From contig JBAZYY010000001.1 in assembly GCA_041659065.1 (NCBI GenBank), positions 163,124 through 227,123 on the forward strand: 64,000 bases of DNA. The letters are read 5' to 3'. The translations under genes and the position numbers were made by a program. The DNA comes from Parcubacteria group bacterium (GTDB taxonomy: Bacteria; Patescibacteriota; Minisyncoccia; Moranbacterales; UBA11712). Each line of letters starts with the position of its first letter. Position 1 is the first letter of the stretch. Below the pieces are notes generated by a model, which saw only the letters and a list, made by a program, of their open reading frames with translations, searched no databases and was not told where the DNA came from. Shown piece by piece: positions 10,274-18,973 of the stretch.

Positions 10274-11449
10274 TTATCTTTTCTCTAAAATATCATTAAG
10301 CGGTTTATATATATACCAGTACCCATCATGACGAGGCGGTGCATTTTTTAATACTGACAAGCCCTTCCTCGCATGATCTTTCATTATATCAATATTAGTT
10401 TTATTTATGCGCAACCCTAGTAATTCAAGCGACCGTCCAAGTCTATCGAGCTCATAATTGAAATCAGATTCTGCAGTTCTCGAGTGTAAAAGTTTTTCAA
10501 GATTACCTATTATTTCCTCAAATCTTTTTTCCCAATAAGTAGTTTCTTTTTCATAAAATATATTAATAAACTCATCCCTTAAATTTGTAATGATTTTTTC
10601 TCGCATTGCAAACTGTTCAACACTAAGGGGCACATCAGATTTGACATTACTATACTTGCCAAAGTCAAGGTTCTCAATCCGATTCTTTCCATGAAATATC
10701 GCATATGCGATGTGATTCGCAATAATATGCCTATCAAAATTATTTCCACCGATAATTGAGAACGCAACATTAAACTTTTTATCCCTATCTCCTTTTTTAA
10801 CATTTTCTAATGCATAAAATATTCCTTCGAATGATTTGTTTATTGTTGCTCTAGAACTAATGTACTCTGTAACATATAAAAAACCATTTTCGATTTTATT
10901 TTCTATTAACAAATTACTCACCACACTTTTCACGCCAGAACTGTCAAGGTTGTGATGCTTATGATCATGACCAATATCGAGTGAAACAAGTTCTGCTAAT
11001 TTTTCATTTTTTGTTTCATAGATTTTATTTATCGCCTTATGTATTATTTCCGCAGGCAATCGACCACTGCTATCTTCTGAAAAAACTACATCATAAGCAT
11101 GCGCATTAACTGCATCACGCATTTGTGGTACCATTTTTTCAAATGCACTCATCATTATATCACTGAGAAAATTAATCTCTGCATTTGGTGTTTTCCAATT
11201 TTCATGAAAGATTCTCGCCTCGGTTTCAGCCAATTCAATGGCAGTAACCTTGGGAAGGTTGAAAATTTTAAACAGAATACCCCTTTTCTTGTTTTTTAAT
11301 TTTGCCAATTCTTCCCATTCAGACCAAGATTCTAAAACTTCACGTCTTATAAAACCATTTTCAAGATTAACGAAATTAGCACGCTCGTCGCTTGGCAAAT
11401 CCTCAACTTTTTTATATTCAGCATTAAATGGATTAAATTTTTCTGACAT
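10274..11449 (-). CDS. Hypothetical protein, possible phosphoribosyltransferase-like core
   Basis: 391-aa ORF; YDVVFSEDSSGRLP and FLYVTEYISS weakly resemble PRTase motifs. Confidence 0.6.
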   Translation of the reverse strand: MSEKFNPFNAEYKKVEDLPSDERANFVNLENGFIRREVLESWSEWEELAKLKNKKRGILFKIFNLPKVTAIELAETEARIFHENWKTPNAEINFLSDIMMSAFEKMVPQMRDAVNAHAYDVVFSEDSSGRLPAEIIHKAINKIYETKNEKLAELVSLDIGHDHKHHNLDSSGVKSVVSNLLIENKIENGFLYVTEYISSRATINKSFEGIFYALENVKKGDRDKKFNVAFSIIGGNNFDRHIIANHIAYAIFHGKNRIENLDFGKYSNVKSDVPLSVEQFAMREKIITNLRDEFINIFYEKETTYWEKRFEEIIGNLEKLLHSRTAESDFNYELDRLGRSLELLGLRINKTNIDIMKDHARKGLSVLKNAPPRHDGYWYIYKPLNDILEKR

Positions 11450-11520
11450 ACCCTCGTATTTTCGATTAATTATTTTCCCCTGCCGGAATTACGTAATCAG
11501 TTACGTAACAAATTTTATTC

Positions 11521-11727
11521 CTAAAGTCGAACTTTAGGAACGGTCAGTTTTTCTTTCGAGAGACGGCGGATCGAGCGGGCGAAAGCTTGCTGATTGATTT
11601 TTCGCCATTCAGCCTTGATCAACCTTAGATTCCTATAGTACTGCCGGGGATCCCGGGAAAACCCCAAAGCGACGCCTCCCATAAACGCTAGCAATATTTT
11701 CTTTTTCACCGACCCTATCCTGTACAT
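11521..11727 (-). pseudogene. Truncated N-terminus of a CPR-type PaaX-like wHTH regulator
   Basis: KILLAFMGGVALGFSRDPRQYYR...INQQAFARSIRRL resembles these regulators; last residues TVPKVRL are encoded by the hairpin repeat. Confidence 0.55.
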
Positions 11728-11747
11728 AAATATATTTTAGCATCAAT

Positions 11748-11860
11748 ATACGGCCGTGTCTAAAAACTGAATTGGAGCTGGAGAGTATAAATGTGGGTAT
11801 AAATTATAAATATTGAGCAAGGAAATATTCAACAGAATATAGCTTTAAGATACGGCCGTG
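11748..11860. promoter_or_regulatory. Two ATACGGCCGTG palindromic boxes upstream of the PaaX-like fragment (possible operators)
   Basis: Identical 11-mers at 11748-11758 and 11850-11860 in AT-rich DNA. Confidence 0.4.
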
Positions 11861-12010
11861 GGTAAATGCTGGGTTGGGGAAAAAAGATGAAGGAGGTCGA
11901 ATGAAGTGCGAGCGAGAAAGTATTGCTGCTATTTTTCAATCCATCCCCCGCCGGAATTACGTAATTGGTTACGTAATTATCTTTACCCTAACATTCAATG
12001 TTGAGTTGGG

Positions 12011-12562
12011 TTATTTTTTTAGCTTCTTTTTTTCTTCAACTTTCGGCCAGCTGGCGCCCCGAAGCTTAATTTGATCCTGTCTTTTCGCAACCCATTGTCT
12101 GTGCGCGTCAACATTATTCTCTTCCAGACTTGGATGCCTCCAAACTTGTTCTGGAGGAGGTATTTGCCCTTTTTTTATCAGCACATTTTCTTGATATTTC
12201 GCTTGTTGCTTTTTTCTTCTGCCTCCAATACTGAAATATCTTTTGGTTTCTTTTCTCCTTTTTGCTCGCTTGGCTATTCCCTGAAGGATTATCTCCTCGG
12301 GATTTTCAATATTGGATTCACTATCAACATATCTAAAAGTATGAGGATTATCTTCCGGCTCAGCAACCTTTCTAATATTTGGTTTCCCGCTGTCTTTTTT
12401 GAATTGCCGTTTTTTTACAGGAACCGTATCGCCTATTTTTTCCCGAACGCCCAGAGGCCCTCCAGATTCGACTCGCAAATCATCTTCAGTTTGGTGCGCC
12501 GATTCTCCGAAATTATTTTCCTTTAATTGATCCACGAGATCCGGTCTTTCGAGTTTTGGCAT
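12011..12562 (-). CDS. Hypothetical charged protein
   Basis: 183-aa ORF; its stop TAA is the TAAC at the foot of a family-A hairpin. Confidence 0.65.
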   Translation of the reverse strand: MPKLERPDLVDQLKENNFGESAHQTEDDLRVESGGPLGVREKIGDTVPVKKRQFKKDSGKPNIRKVAEPEDNPHTFRYVDSESNIENPEEIILQGIAKRAKRRKETKRYFSIGGRRKKQQAKYQENVLIKKGQIPPPEQVWRHPSLEENNVDAHRQWVAKRQDQIKLRGASWPKVEEKKKLKK

Positions 12563-12639
12563 ATATTATTCTTTATTTATTATCTCCCCCGCCGGAATTA
12601 CGCAATTAGTTGCGTAATTATTCTCGCTAAGGTTCAACC

Positions 12640-13155
12640 TTAGCGAAGCTCTAGTTTCTCAATTATTTTTTTAAATGCCCCATATCCTCTGTATGACTCA
12701 CCTGATATATATTCTCCACTTTCATCTTTATATTTTTTTATTTCGCCATTTTCTTTAATTTCCCTCAACTCTGAAATAATTTCCCAAAGCAAATTAACAA
12801 AATCTTTACCCAGATTCCGGTTATTAATGGCAAATTCAATAAAAACTTCGTCGCTGATTACCATTTTAAATGTTTCGAAGGATATTCCACTTATTCTTTC
12901 CTTATCAATTAATCTTTTATTATTATTAAACTCTAATAACAATGCCTTCTTGAGAATTTTATATTTATTTCCCCTTCTATAATTCTCTGCTTTTTCATTT
13001 AACTTAAATGCAACAAAAACACCAAGAAAAGTAGCGATTAAAACAAAAATGAATTGAGTAATATCTATTATTGTAATCAAGTTTAACTGATATAACAAAA
13101 TAACCAATAACAACACTAATAATATAAGGTATATAATAATTTTTTTGTTGCTCAT
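12640..13155 (-). CDS. Hypothetical membrane protein (two N-terminal TM segments)
   Basis: 171-aa, very AT-rich ORF; stop lies within a family-A hairpin. Confidence 0.65.
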   Translation of the reverse strand: MSNKKIIIYLILLVLLLVILLYQLNLITIIDITQFIFVLIATFLGVFVAFKLNEKAENYRRGNKYKILKKALLLEFNNNKRLIDKERISGISFETFKMVISDEVFIEFAINNRNLGKDFVNLLWEIISELREIKENGEIKKYKDESGEYISGESYRGYGAFKKIIEKLELR

Positions 13156-13379
13156 AAATTTTTGATTCCTAAAGTCGAACTTTAGGAACGGTTAAGAGAA
13201 ATTGCAGTCTTGTCAAAAGCAAAGACTGGATTAGTATCCATTTCCTGTGGCGCTTTTTTGTCTTCGCGATCAAATGCCATAAGATTAGAGATTTTTCTAA
13301 ATTATTATCCCCCGCCGGAAATACGTATTTAAATACGTATTTATTTTTATTCCTAAAGTTCGACTTTAGGAACGGTTAA

Positions 13380-13538
13380 CTATTTTTTTTTGGCTTTGGC
13401 TTTCAGTTTTTTGAGGTGCGTGGCCGAATCACGGCAGGTGCAGTTTTTCGCGTGGCCACCGTGCCACTTTATTTTCTCCTCAAGAGTTGCATTTTTGGGC
13501 ATCTTGTTCTTCAAATGCCAGGTTTTGTTGATTTTCAT
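13380..13538 (-). CDS. Small His/Cys-containing protein (52 aa)
   Basis: MKINKTWHLKNKMPKNATLEEKIKWHGGHAKNCTCRDSATHLKKLKAKAKKK; fills the space between two hairpins. Confidence 0.6.
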   Translation of the reverse strand: MKINKTWHLKNKMPKNATLEEKIKWHGGHAKNCTCRDSATHLKKLKAKAKKK

Positions 13539-13578
13539 CTTGTTTTATCGCTATTCTAACATTGAATGTGGGGTCGGG

Positions 13579-13944
13579 TTACCCTTGGACGGAAGTTTTG
13601 ACGAAAGCTCGGCTTTCGTCAGGTTTACCCCAACATTGAATGTTGGGTTGGGTTATTTCGATATTTTTATAACCGCTTGGGTCCCATTTATTATTTTTAA
13701 AAGCATAATTTTTACCATCTGTCATGATTTCAATACTCGGATTGTTATTTTGCCCAAGAGTTGATCTTTCTAATATATAAGTAGGATCGTTCCTCTCTAG
13801 AGATCTAAAGATTGCTGATAATGTAGTCTTTCCGCGACCATTCTCGCCAAATAGAACCGACATTTTTTTCAATTTCGTATCTCCTAGAGATTCATATTTT
13901 TCAAATCTTCCGACATGGAAGATTTTTATTACTTTTTCAATCAT
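13579..13944 (-). pseudogene. Truncated N-terminus of AAA/ABC-type ATPase (AAA_13/RloC-like)
   Basis: Walker A LFGENGRGKTTLSAIFRSL near the N-terminus; after ...YKNIEI the frame runs into the hairpin repeat (TQPNIQCWG). Confidence 0.65.
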
Positions 13945-14101
13945 AATAAATTATTTTCCTCCTTAATCCTAAATTTTCCAGATTTGACTAATTTTATACT
14001 ATTATAATTTTTCGGTTCCTTAAATTCGAATTGCCAAGTGGAATATTTTATTCCTTAAGTTTAACTTTAAGAACGGTTAATGATTCTTCGTTAACATCGA
14101 C

Positions 14102-14257
14102 CTATTCCTCTTCGCGATCTTCTGATAAATCCTCAAGAAACCACTCTCTACCGCAAATACAGCTTCCCTGATATGAATACTGATATTGACCACCAATAAG
14201 TTTTATTGCAAGTTTATTTCCACATTTGCACTTTATCAACATCTGCTGATTATCCAT
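14102..14257 (-). CDS. Small Zn-ribbon-like protein (51 aa)
   Basis: MDNQQMLIKCKCGNKLAIKLIGGQYQYSYQGSCICGREWFLEDLSEDREEE; CxC...CxC; starts 4 nt after the upstream gene. Confidence 0.5.
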   Translation of the reverse strand: MDNQQMLIKCKCGNKLAIKLIGGQYQYSYQGSCICGREWFLEDLSEDREEE

Positions 14258-14261
14258 AAAT

Positions 14262-14723
14262 TTATTTGTATTTTTTTATCATCTCCAAGCACTCCTCATA
14301 TGCATCTGCCTTGCCGCCAATAAATTCATTTAGACCAAATTCTTCGATATTTTCACTCTCCCAAAATTCCTCTTTCCACTCCTTTCGATAATTTTTTGCT
14401 AATTCTGCGATATGAGCTTCGAGCGATTCTCCAGTAATTTTTTCCAAAAATCCTTTTGCCATCAGTCGTGTCGTAACTTCATCCAAATTTTGCAAATTTT
14501 CCCACAATTCAAACGTCTGATATTTGTCATCGCTTGCAATCATTTTCCATTCATCCGGTTCGACTTCGACAAAGTCATCGTCTTCTTCAGTGTATTCTTG
14601 GCACATGACCAGAAACGGGAAATAAAAATCTTTATGCGAGTCCAGATATTTCAGTATTTTTATTGCGATTTCTCTTGAAATTTTCATAAATTGACCAGAA
14701 ATTATCTTTTTGCTTCTGATCAA
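14262..14723 (-). CDS. Hypothetical acidic protein (start probably MKISRE)
   Basis: 153-aa ORF directly downstream of the DpnI-like gene. Confidence 0.65.
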   Translation of the reverse strand: MIRSKKIISGQFMKISREIAIKILKYLDSHKDFYFPFLVMCQEYTEEDDDFVEVEPDEWKMIASDDKYQTFELWENLQNLDEVTTRLMAKGFLEKITGESLEAHIAELAKNYRKEWKEEFWESENIEEFGLNEFIGGKADAYEECLEMIKKYK

Positions 14724-14747
14724 TTTTTGATCGTTTTAAAAACCTTG

Positions 14748-15548
14748 TCAAATAGCCAATTTATACTTTCCCCGCGAGACAAAATTCAGATAGCCTTTAT
14801 CCCTCAAAACTTGCAGTTGCTGACGCAGCTTGTCTTTGATGAAATTGTTGTCCGGATGTTTTTCTTTCAGTTCTTTTTCGAAAGCATACACGTCATCCAG
14901 TACAAATTCCCGTTTACCGATTTTATCGATGCAATTCATCGTATCCAAAATCCATCCTTTTCTCGTTAATTCTTTTTCTTCTCGCAAAAACAAGGTTTTG
15001 CTCCAATTTTCCAAAACATCTTTTTTGGCTTCCAGTTTTCCATCCTTGATATAAAATATCTTTCCGGATTGCGGAACGCTTTTAAGAACAATATTGCAAC
15101 CGACCCATCCGGCCCGCCGTGCATTTTCCGAGAGCGGTTTTCTTTTCTCGATTATCTCGGGAATAAAAAAGTGCTTCGGAATAACCATAAAATTAATAAC
15201 CGAAAAATTTTTCAAATTATAATTTAGGAAAAAGAAATTGGGATTGCGCTCGCTTTGCAACCGCTCAATCATTGTTCGATATGCACCGTCCACTATTTTT
15301 TTGCCCATTGAATCCTTTTTGCTTTTCAGCTCATATTCCTCTTTGCAGTCATCGCAATAGAAATCGGCTACCGGTCGATTGTTCTCAAAGTGATTGATGA
15401 TAGACCCACAAGCCGGACAAAAAATATTCCTCCCGACCCAATCCTCACTTACCGCTTTTATTTTTTGCGACGCATTGCTATATTTCTCCGCAAGTGTTGA
15501 GTCAAATACTATCTGCATAATTATTTTTGCTTCTAAAATCCTAATCAT
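14748..15548 (-). CDS. DpnI-like / Dam-replacing restriction endonuclease
   Basis: SQKIKAVSEDWV, CPACG, NRPVADFYCDDCKEEYELKSK, DGAYRTM, ARRAGWVGCNI, C-terminal wHTH (KDKLRQQLQVLRDKG). Confidence 0.9.
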   Translation of the reverse strand: MIRILEAKIIMQIVFDSTLAEKYSNASQKIKAVSEDWVGRNIFCPACGSIINHFENNRPVADFYCDDCKEEYELKSKKDSMGKKIVDGAYRTMIERLQSERNPNFFFLNYNLKNFSVINFMVIPKHFFIPEIIEKRKPLSENARRAGWVGCNIVLKSVPQSGKIFYIKDGKLEAKKDVLENWSKTLFLREEKELTRKGWILDTMNCIDKIGKREFVLDDVYAFEKELKEKHPDNNFIKDKLRQQLQVLRDKGYLNFVSRGKYKLAI

Positions 15549-15603
15549 CCCGTCAGCAATATTTTATATAGATTGACGAGTAGGTTGTCTTTAATCCCTA
15601 TCT

Positions 15604-16203
15604 TTATTTCTTAACCCCAATAAACTCCCAAAATCCTCCTGATTTATCATCTCCGTGAACTTTCATAGCTTTTTTAAGTTTGTCTATTTTTACCAATCTC
15701 CATTTAGGCTGGTTTACCGAAGGATCAATCAATCTAACTATTCCTTTTGGCGGATAAATCCTATCCAAAACACAAACATGACCTCCACCACTCTCTTCAT
15801 TTTTTAATATTCCGTGATTGAAACAGACCAGCATGTCCTTATCCTTTTTAACCGCATCAGTAATAAATTTTTCAAAATCCATCTGGTTAAAACGACTGAT
15901 TGGATGATATATCATTTTCAATGGAATTTTCAGCTTGGGAAAAATTGTGTTGGGATGATTTCGCTTAAGATAGATCTGAGTCCCATATCCTGACGGCGGC
16001 TTTTTGCCGGTTCTGGCATTCCAAAATAATTCCTTATATTCTTTGTCCACAATCAGCCCTAAATGATAGCCCAATAATTCCTGTGGCAACAATGGAATTC
16101 CATTTTTATACATAATCATAGAAATGCATGTTGGAACACAGCATGATTTTTGCTGGGCTAATGGGACATATCTTGAATCTTTTGGAACAATTTCTTTTTT
16201 CAT
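15604..16203 (-). CDS. Papain-like / peptidase C39-like cysteine protease
   Basis: QQKSCCVPTC (Q...C), GGHVCVLD (H), LIDP (D) triad layout. Confidence 0.6.
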   Translation of the reverse strand: MKKEIVPKDSRYVPLAQQKSCCVPTCISMIMYKNGIPLLPQELLGYHLGLIVDKEYKELFWNARTGKKPPSGYGTQIYLKRNHPNTIFPKLKIPLKMIYHPISRFNQMDFEKFITDAVKKDKDMLVCFNHGILKNEESGGGHVCVLDRIYPPKGIVRLIDPSVNQPKWRLVKIDKLKKAMKVHGDDKSGGFWEFIGVKK

Positions 16204-16340
16204 TTTTTACTCCGATAATCGCGGACGGTCATAGAAGGGATTACTTATTTATCCTACATAATTGCCTTTTATAAAGCAAATATCATCAGTTATCCACAAT
16301 TTAGTTGAAATATTTTTCGAATTATGCAAGTATTATAAGT

Positions 16341-16437
16341 ACCAAGACCTGTATTCCGAACTATCACCGGATGGTGGTGTGGCTGGGACAACCAGTCTAG
16401 GAACGTGGTCGGAGATAGCCCTTCGGGGCTGTTTTTT
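16341..16437 (+). ncRNA. Candidate structured RNA convergent with DUF3800 gene
   Basis: Outer stem tccga/tcgga enclosing hairpins actatca/tggtggt and ggctgg/ccagtc, followed by a terminator. Confidence 0.5.
16417..16437 (+). terminator. Intrinsic terminator
   Basis: agcccttcggggct hairpin plus T-run. Confidence 0.7.
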
Positions 16438-16438
16438 G

Positions 16439-17065
16439 TTATTTGAAAGGCCATTCATCTTCAATATGCTTCTTTATTATACTTTTGTATACGGCGCGAT
16501 CATTTTTTGTATTGTCATAGCTTCTTCGAATGCTTCCCGCAGTCATATCAGCCATTTGTATGAGGACATTGCTTTTTGAATTTACAAGACGGCAATTTTT
16601 GATGATTTTCGTTTGTTTGGAATTAAGTTGCTTTCTCAAATACGTGATAAAACTTTTTCGAAACACTCTGTCACCGCTTCCGTCAATTTTTATCGATGCA
16701 TTGAAAATCGTGGAATTGTTATATTTGAGAAGTGTCTTGATTATATAGCTGTAAAAAGAATCTTTGCTGTTTTTCAATTCGTCGCTTCTGATTATCTTCT
16801 TATCGACGACGAGAGACCTGATTCTAAACTCGAATTTGTTCACTGTTTGGAGAAATTTTTCTCTCACATCTTTTCGGGATTTGTTGAATTTGAATTCAAC
16901 CTTATCCGAAAACTTCAAGTTTCTTCTCAATTCTTTTATCGCAACTGCGGCTTTTTCCGCTTCCAGATTATCATCAAAAATAACTGCACTTATCACAAAA
17001 AAGTCAGTTGAGCCCCTTTCGAATTTGAAGCCGGCGTCGCCGGAGTCATCAATGAAAACCAGCAT
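16439..17065 (-). CDS. DUF3800 domain protein (RNase H-like fold)
   Basis: N-terminal MLVFIDDSGDAG and C-terminal SKSNVLIQMADMTAG. Confidence 0.85.
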   Translation of the reverse strand: MLVFIDDSGDAGFKFERGSTDFFVISAVIFDDNLEAEKAAVAIKELRRNLKFSDKVEFKFNKSRKDVREKFLQTVNKFEFRIRSLVVDKKIIRSDELKNSKDSFYSYIIKTLLKYNNSTIFNASIKIDGSGDRVFRKSFITYLRKQLNSKQTKIIKNCRLVNSKSNVLIQMADMTAGSIRRSYDNTKNDRAVYKSIIKKHIEDEWPFK

Positions 17066-17140
17066 AATTTATATTTTGAATGATTCGATACCTATTTAAT
17101 GAGGCAAATCTTTTCACTTTTTCCAATCCTTATATGCCTT

Positions 17141-17348
17141 CTAACCATTTATTGATTCATTCTCATTATTTTCCCACATCCAGGCAATCCCAATAATGAT
17201 CAACGCCAAAACTGTCTCAATGGTCGCGATGGCTATGTAGTGAGGATATGATGATACTGTATATATCATTATAGATCATATTGATAACCAGGACTGTCCA
17301 AAGCCCGGATAAAACCTCTTTCGGATTGCTTTTGATGATGTTTTTCAT
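17141..17348 (-). pseudogene. Frameshifted/internally deleted membrane protein (DUF6326-like)
   Basis: MKNIIKSNPKEVLSGLWTVLVINMIYNDIYSII in one frame, YPHYIAIATIETVLALIIIGIAWMW in another. Confidence 0.4.
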
Positions 17349-17612
17349 TTATTCATCCTTAATTTTATTTTTTTCAATCCTTGATATCTTGCGGATGTTT
17401 TGGTCTTTCATTTAGTTGCTACTTACCTTCCGCCCGAGGCGGACACGTGCTACATAACAATTCGCGATTAAGGTGACTGTTTCGCTATTAAATAAAGGTT
17501 TTCTGTGCTTTTATGTTATCACTAAACTCCCAATTTCTCAAATTTTTTGCAAAAAACCCCGCTGTTTCCAGCGAGGCATTCGCGAATGTGTGAATTTACA
17601 ACGAAGCTCGAA

Positions 17613-17655
17613 GGCACCCCGCCAATGGCGGTGGCAGTCTTAGTTAAATTTGTGG
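17613..17655. repeat. 43-bp exact copy of 19219-19261
   Basis: ggcaccccgccaatggcggtggcagtcttagttaaatttgtgg present at both sites. Confidence 0.9.
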
Positions 17656-17789
17656 ACAGTTTGGGACAAAGTTGGAACATACCTCGCTTTGCATAGTTAT
17701 TCTACGTAATTTGAGAGAATTTGCCAATTTGCACTATTTTGCTTTATGTAATATTATTTTTTTAGGGGGATTATCAGTAATTTAAATAA

Positions 17790-18503
17790 ATGGAAAAAAA
17801 ATCATTAGAGGGATTTCCAGAACAATTTAAGCAGAATATTGAGGATGTCGATCAGCAACGACACGAATACGAAGAGGAAATGACAGCGACTCGCTTTGAC
17901 GCAGAGAAAGATGCTGCTGTTTTAGCAGAATTAGCCAATGAATTGGCAAAAAGGGAAGGGGGAGATGTTGACAAAAAAATAGAAGCCATGGATATATTAA
18001 AAACAGAAGCCGAGAAGATGGACGGATGGAGGGAGCAAGATTACTCTAGAAAAGTAGATGATCTAATAAGCCAAATCGGCTTAAAAAAACAGCAGCCTTT
18101 TCAAGTGGAGAAAGGCGGAAAAGAGGTTTATGGAGATGTTTATTATCAGTGGCCGAATAATAGTAGCTCTTTATCAAGTGCTATTGAAAAAGTTCGGAAG
18201 GATATTCCGAAACTATTTGAAAATGCCTGGGTTATTGAACGTTTCGTAGAGCGTACAAAAAAATTTGAAATACTAAGATATATTCCCGAAAAGCTTAGGC
18301 ATGACAAAACTTTTTTGCATGGGATGATAAAAAAACAAGGTATTGAAGCTCTCAAATATTTACCTTACGGAGTGAAGAACGTAAATTTTCTGCTAGAAGT
18401 CGTAAACAAAAATCCAAACTTAAAACTTGCCGATTTGAAAGAAAATATTCCGGGTGAAATCTATTCAGTATTGGAAAAGAATTTGAAAACCAAAAGCGAC
18501 TAA
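17790..18503 (+). CDS. Hypothetical protein with C-terminal DUF4116-like helical repeats
   Basis: 237-aa ORF; ILRYIPEKLRHDKTF..AL KYLP pattern. Confidence 0.6.
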   Translation: MEKKSLEGFPEQFKQNIEDVDQQRHEYEEEMTATRFDAEKDAAVLAELANELAKREGGDVDKKIEAMDILKTEAEKMDGWREQDYSRKVDDLISQIGLKKQQPFQVEKGGKEVYGDVYYQWPNNSSSLSSAIEKVRKDIPKLFENAWVIERFVERTKKFEILRYIPEKLRHDKTFLHGMIKKQGIEALKYLPYGVKNVNFLLEVVNKNPNLKLADLKENIPGEIYSVLEKNLKTKSD

Positions 18504-18521
18504 CGAGGATATTATTTTTTT

Positions 18522-18893
18522 ATGAGTTTAGAAACTTCTGCCGAGGAAGAACAAGGCAACGATTCAATAAAGCAATGGGCAACGGAAGAATATTTTGATA
18601 CTATTTTGCGAGTTGCTTGCTGTGCCCTCCCCCAACTTAATGGAAGTGAAAAAGAATTATTGCTCAATGATGTTGAAAGTGGGCAAGGAGATTTAGCGGA
18701 AACATTCGCCGAATTGCTGAAAAAGCAAAGGGAATGCGATAAAATGTTTCACATGTGGGTTTCCGTAAAGCCCGTCAAAGAATCACCTGTATTGCAAGAG
18801 CATTACAGAAAAAAAGATGAGATAACCTTTCATTTAATTACACTTTTAGCTTCAAGGATTTCCGAGTTAAGACAGCCTCGCTTGGTAAAATAA
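18522..18893 (+). CDS. Hypothetical protein
   Basis: 123-aa ORF with GAGGA upstream. Confidence 0.6.
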   Translation: MSLETSAEEEQGNDSIKQWATEEYFDTILRVACCALPQLNGSEKELLLNDVESGQGDLAETFAELLKKQRECDKMFHMWVSVKPVKESPVLQEHYRKKDEITFHLITLLASRISELRQPRLVK

Positions 18894-18944
18894 TAAATGT
18901 ATTCTTCCCAACGATTTGACTTTTTCCAAATCCAGCGATACACT

Positions 18945-18970
18945 AACCTGATTCAATCAATCAGGTTTTT
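18945..18970 (+). terminator. Intrinsic terminator
   Basis: aacctgatt/aatcaggtt stem plus T-run. Confidence 0.55.
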
Positions 18971-18973
18971 GTA

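Larger units (their letters stand above)
11477..13342. repeat. Family-B hairpin repeats (ccccgccgga + palindrome), 4 copies
   Basis: 11477-11508, 11945-11978, 12586-12619, 13309-13342; each lies within ~10 nt of a family-A hairpin. Confidence 0.85.
10171..14079. repeat. Array of family-A hairpin repeats (~28 nt, followed by (c/g)ggtta)
   Basis: Copies at 10171, 10199, 11518, 11986, 12624, 13166, 13350, 13554, 13627, 14016 (partial), 14051; e.g. ttcctaaagtcgaactttaggaacggtta. Confidence 0.85.

Noticed and set aside
10171-14079. CRISPR array
   Set aside because: Repeats vary in sequence, spacers range from tens of bp to over 1 kb, and no cas genes are present.
10171-14079. Classical integron attC array
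   Set aside because: No IntI in the window; sites are ~28 nt, lack the R/L box architecture, and some cut genes internally.
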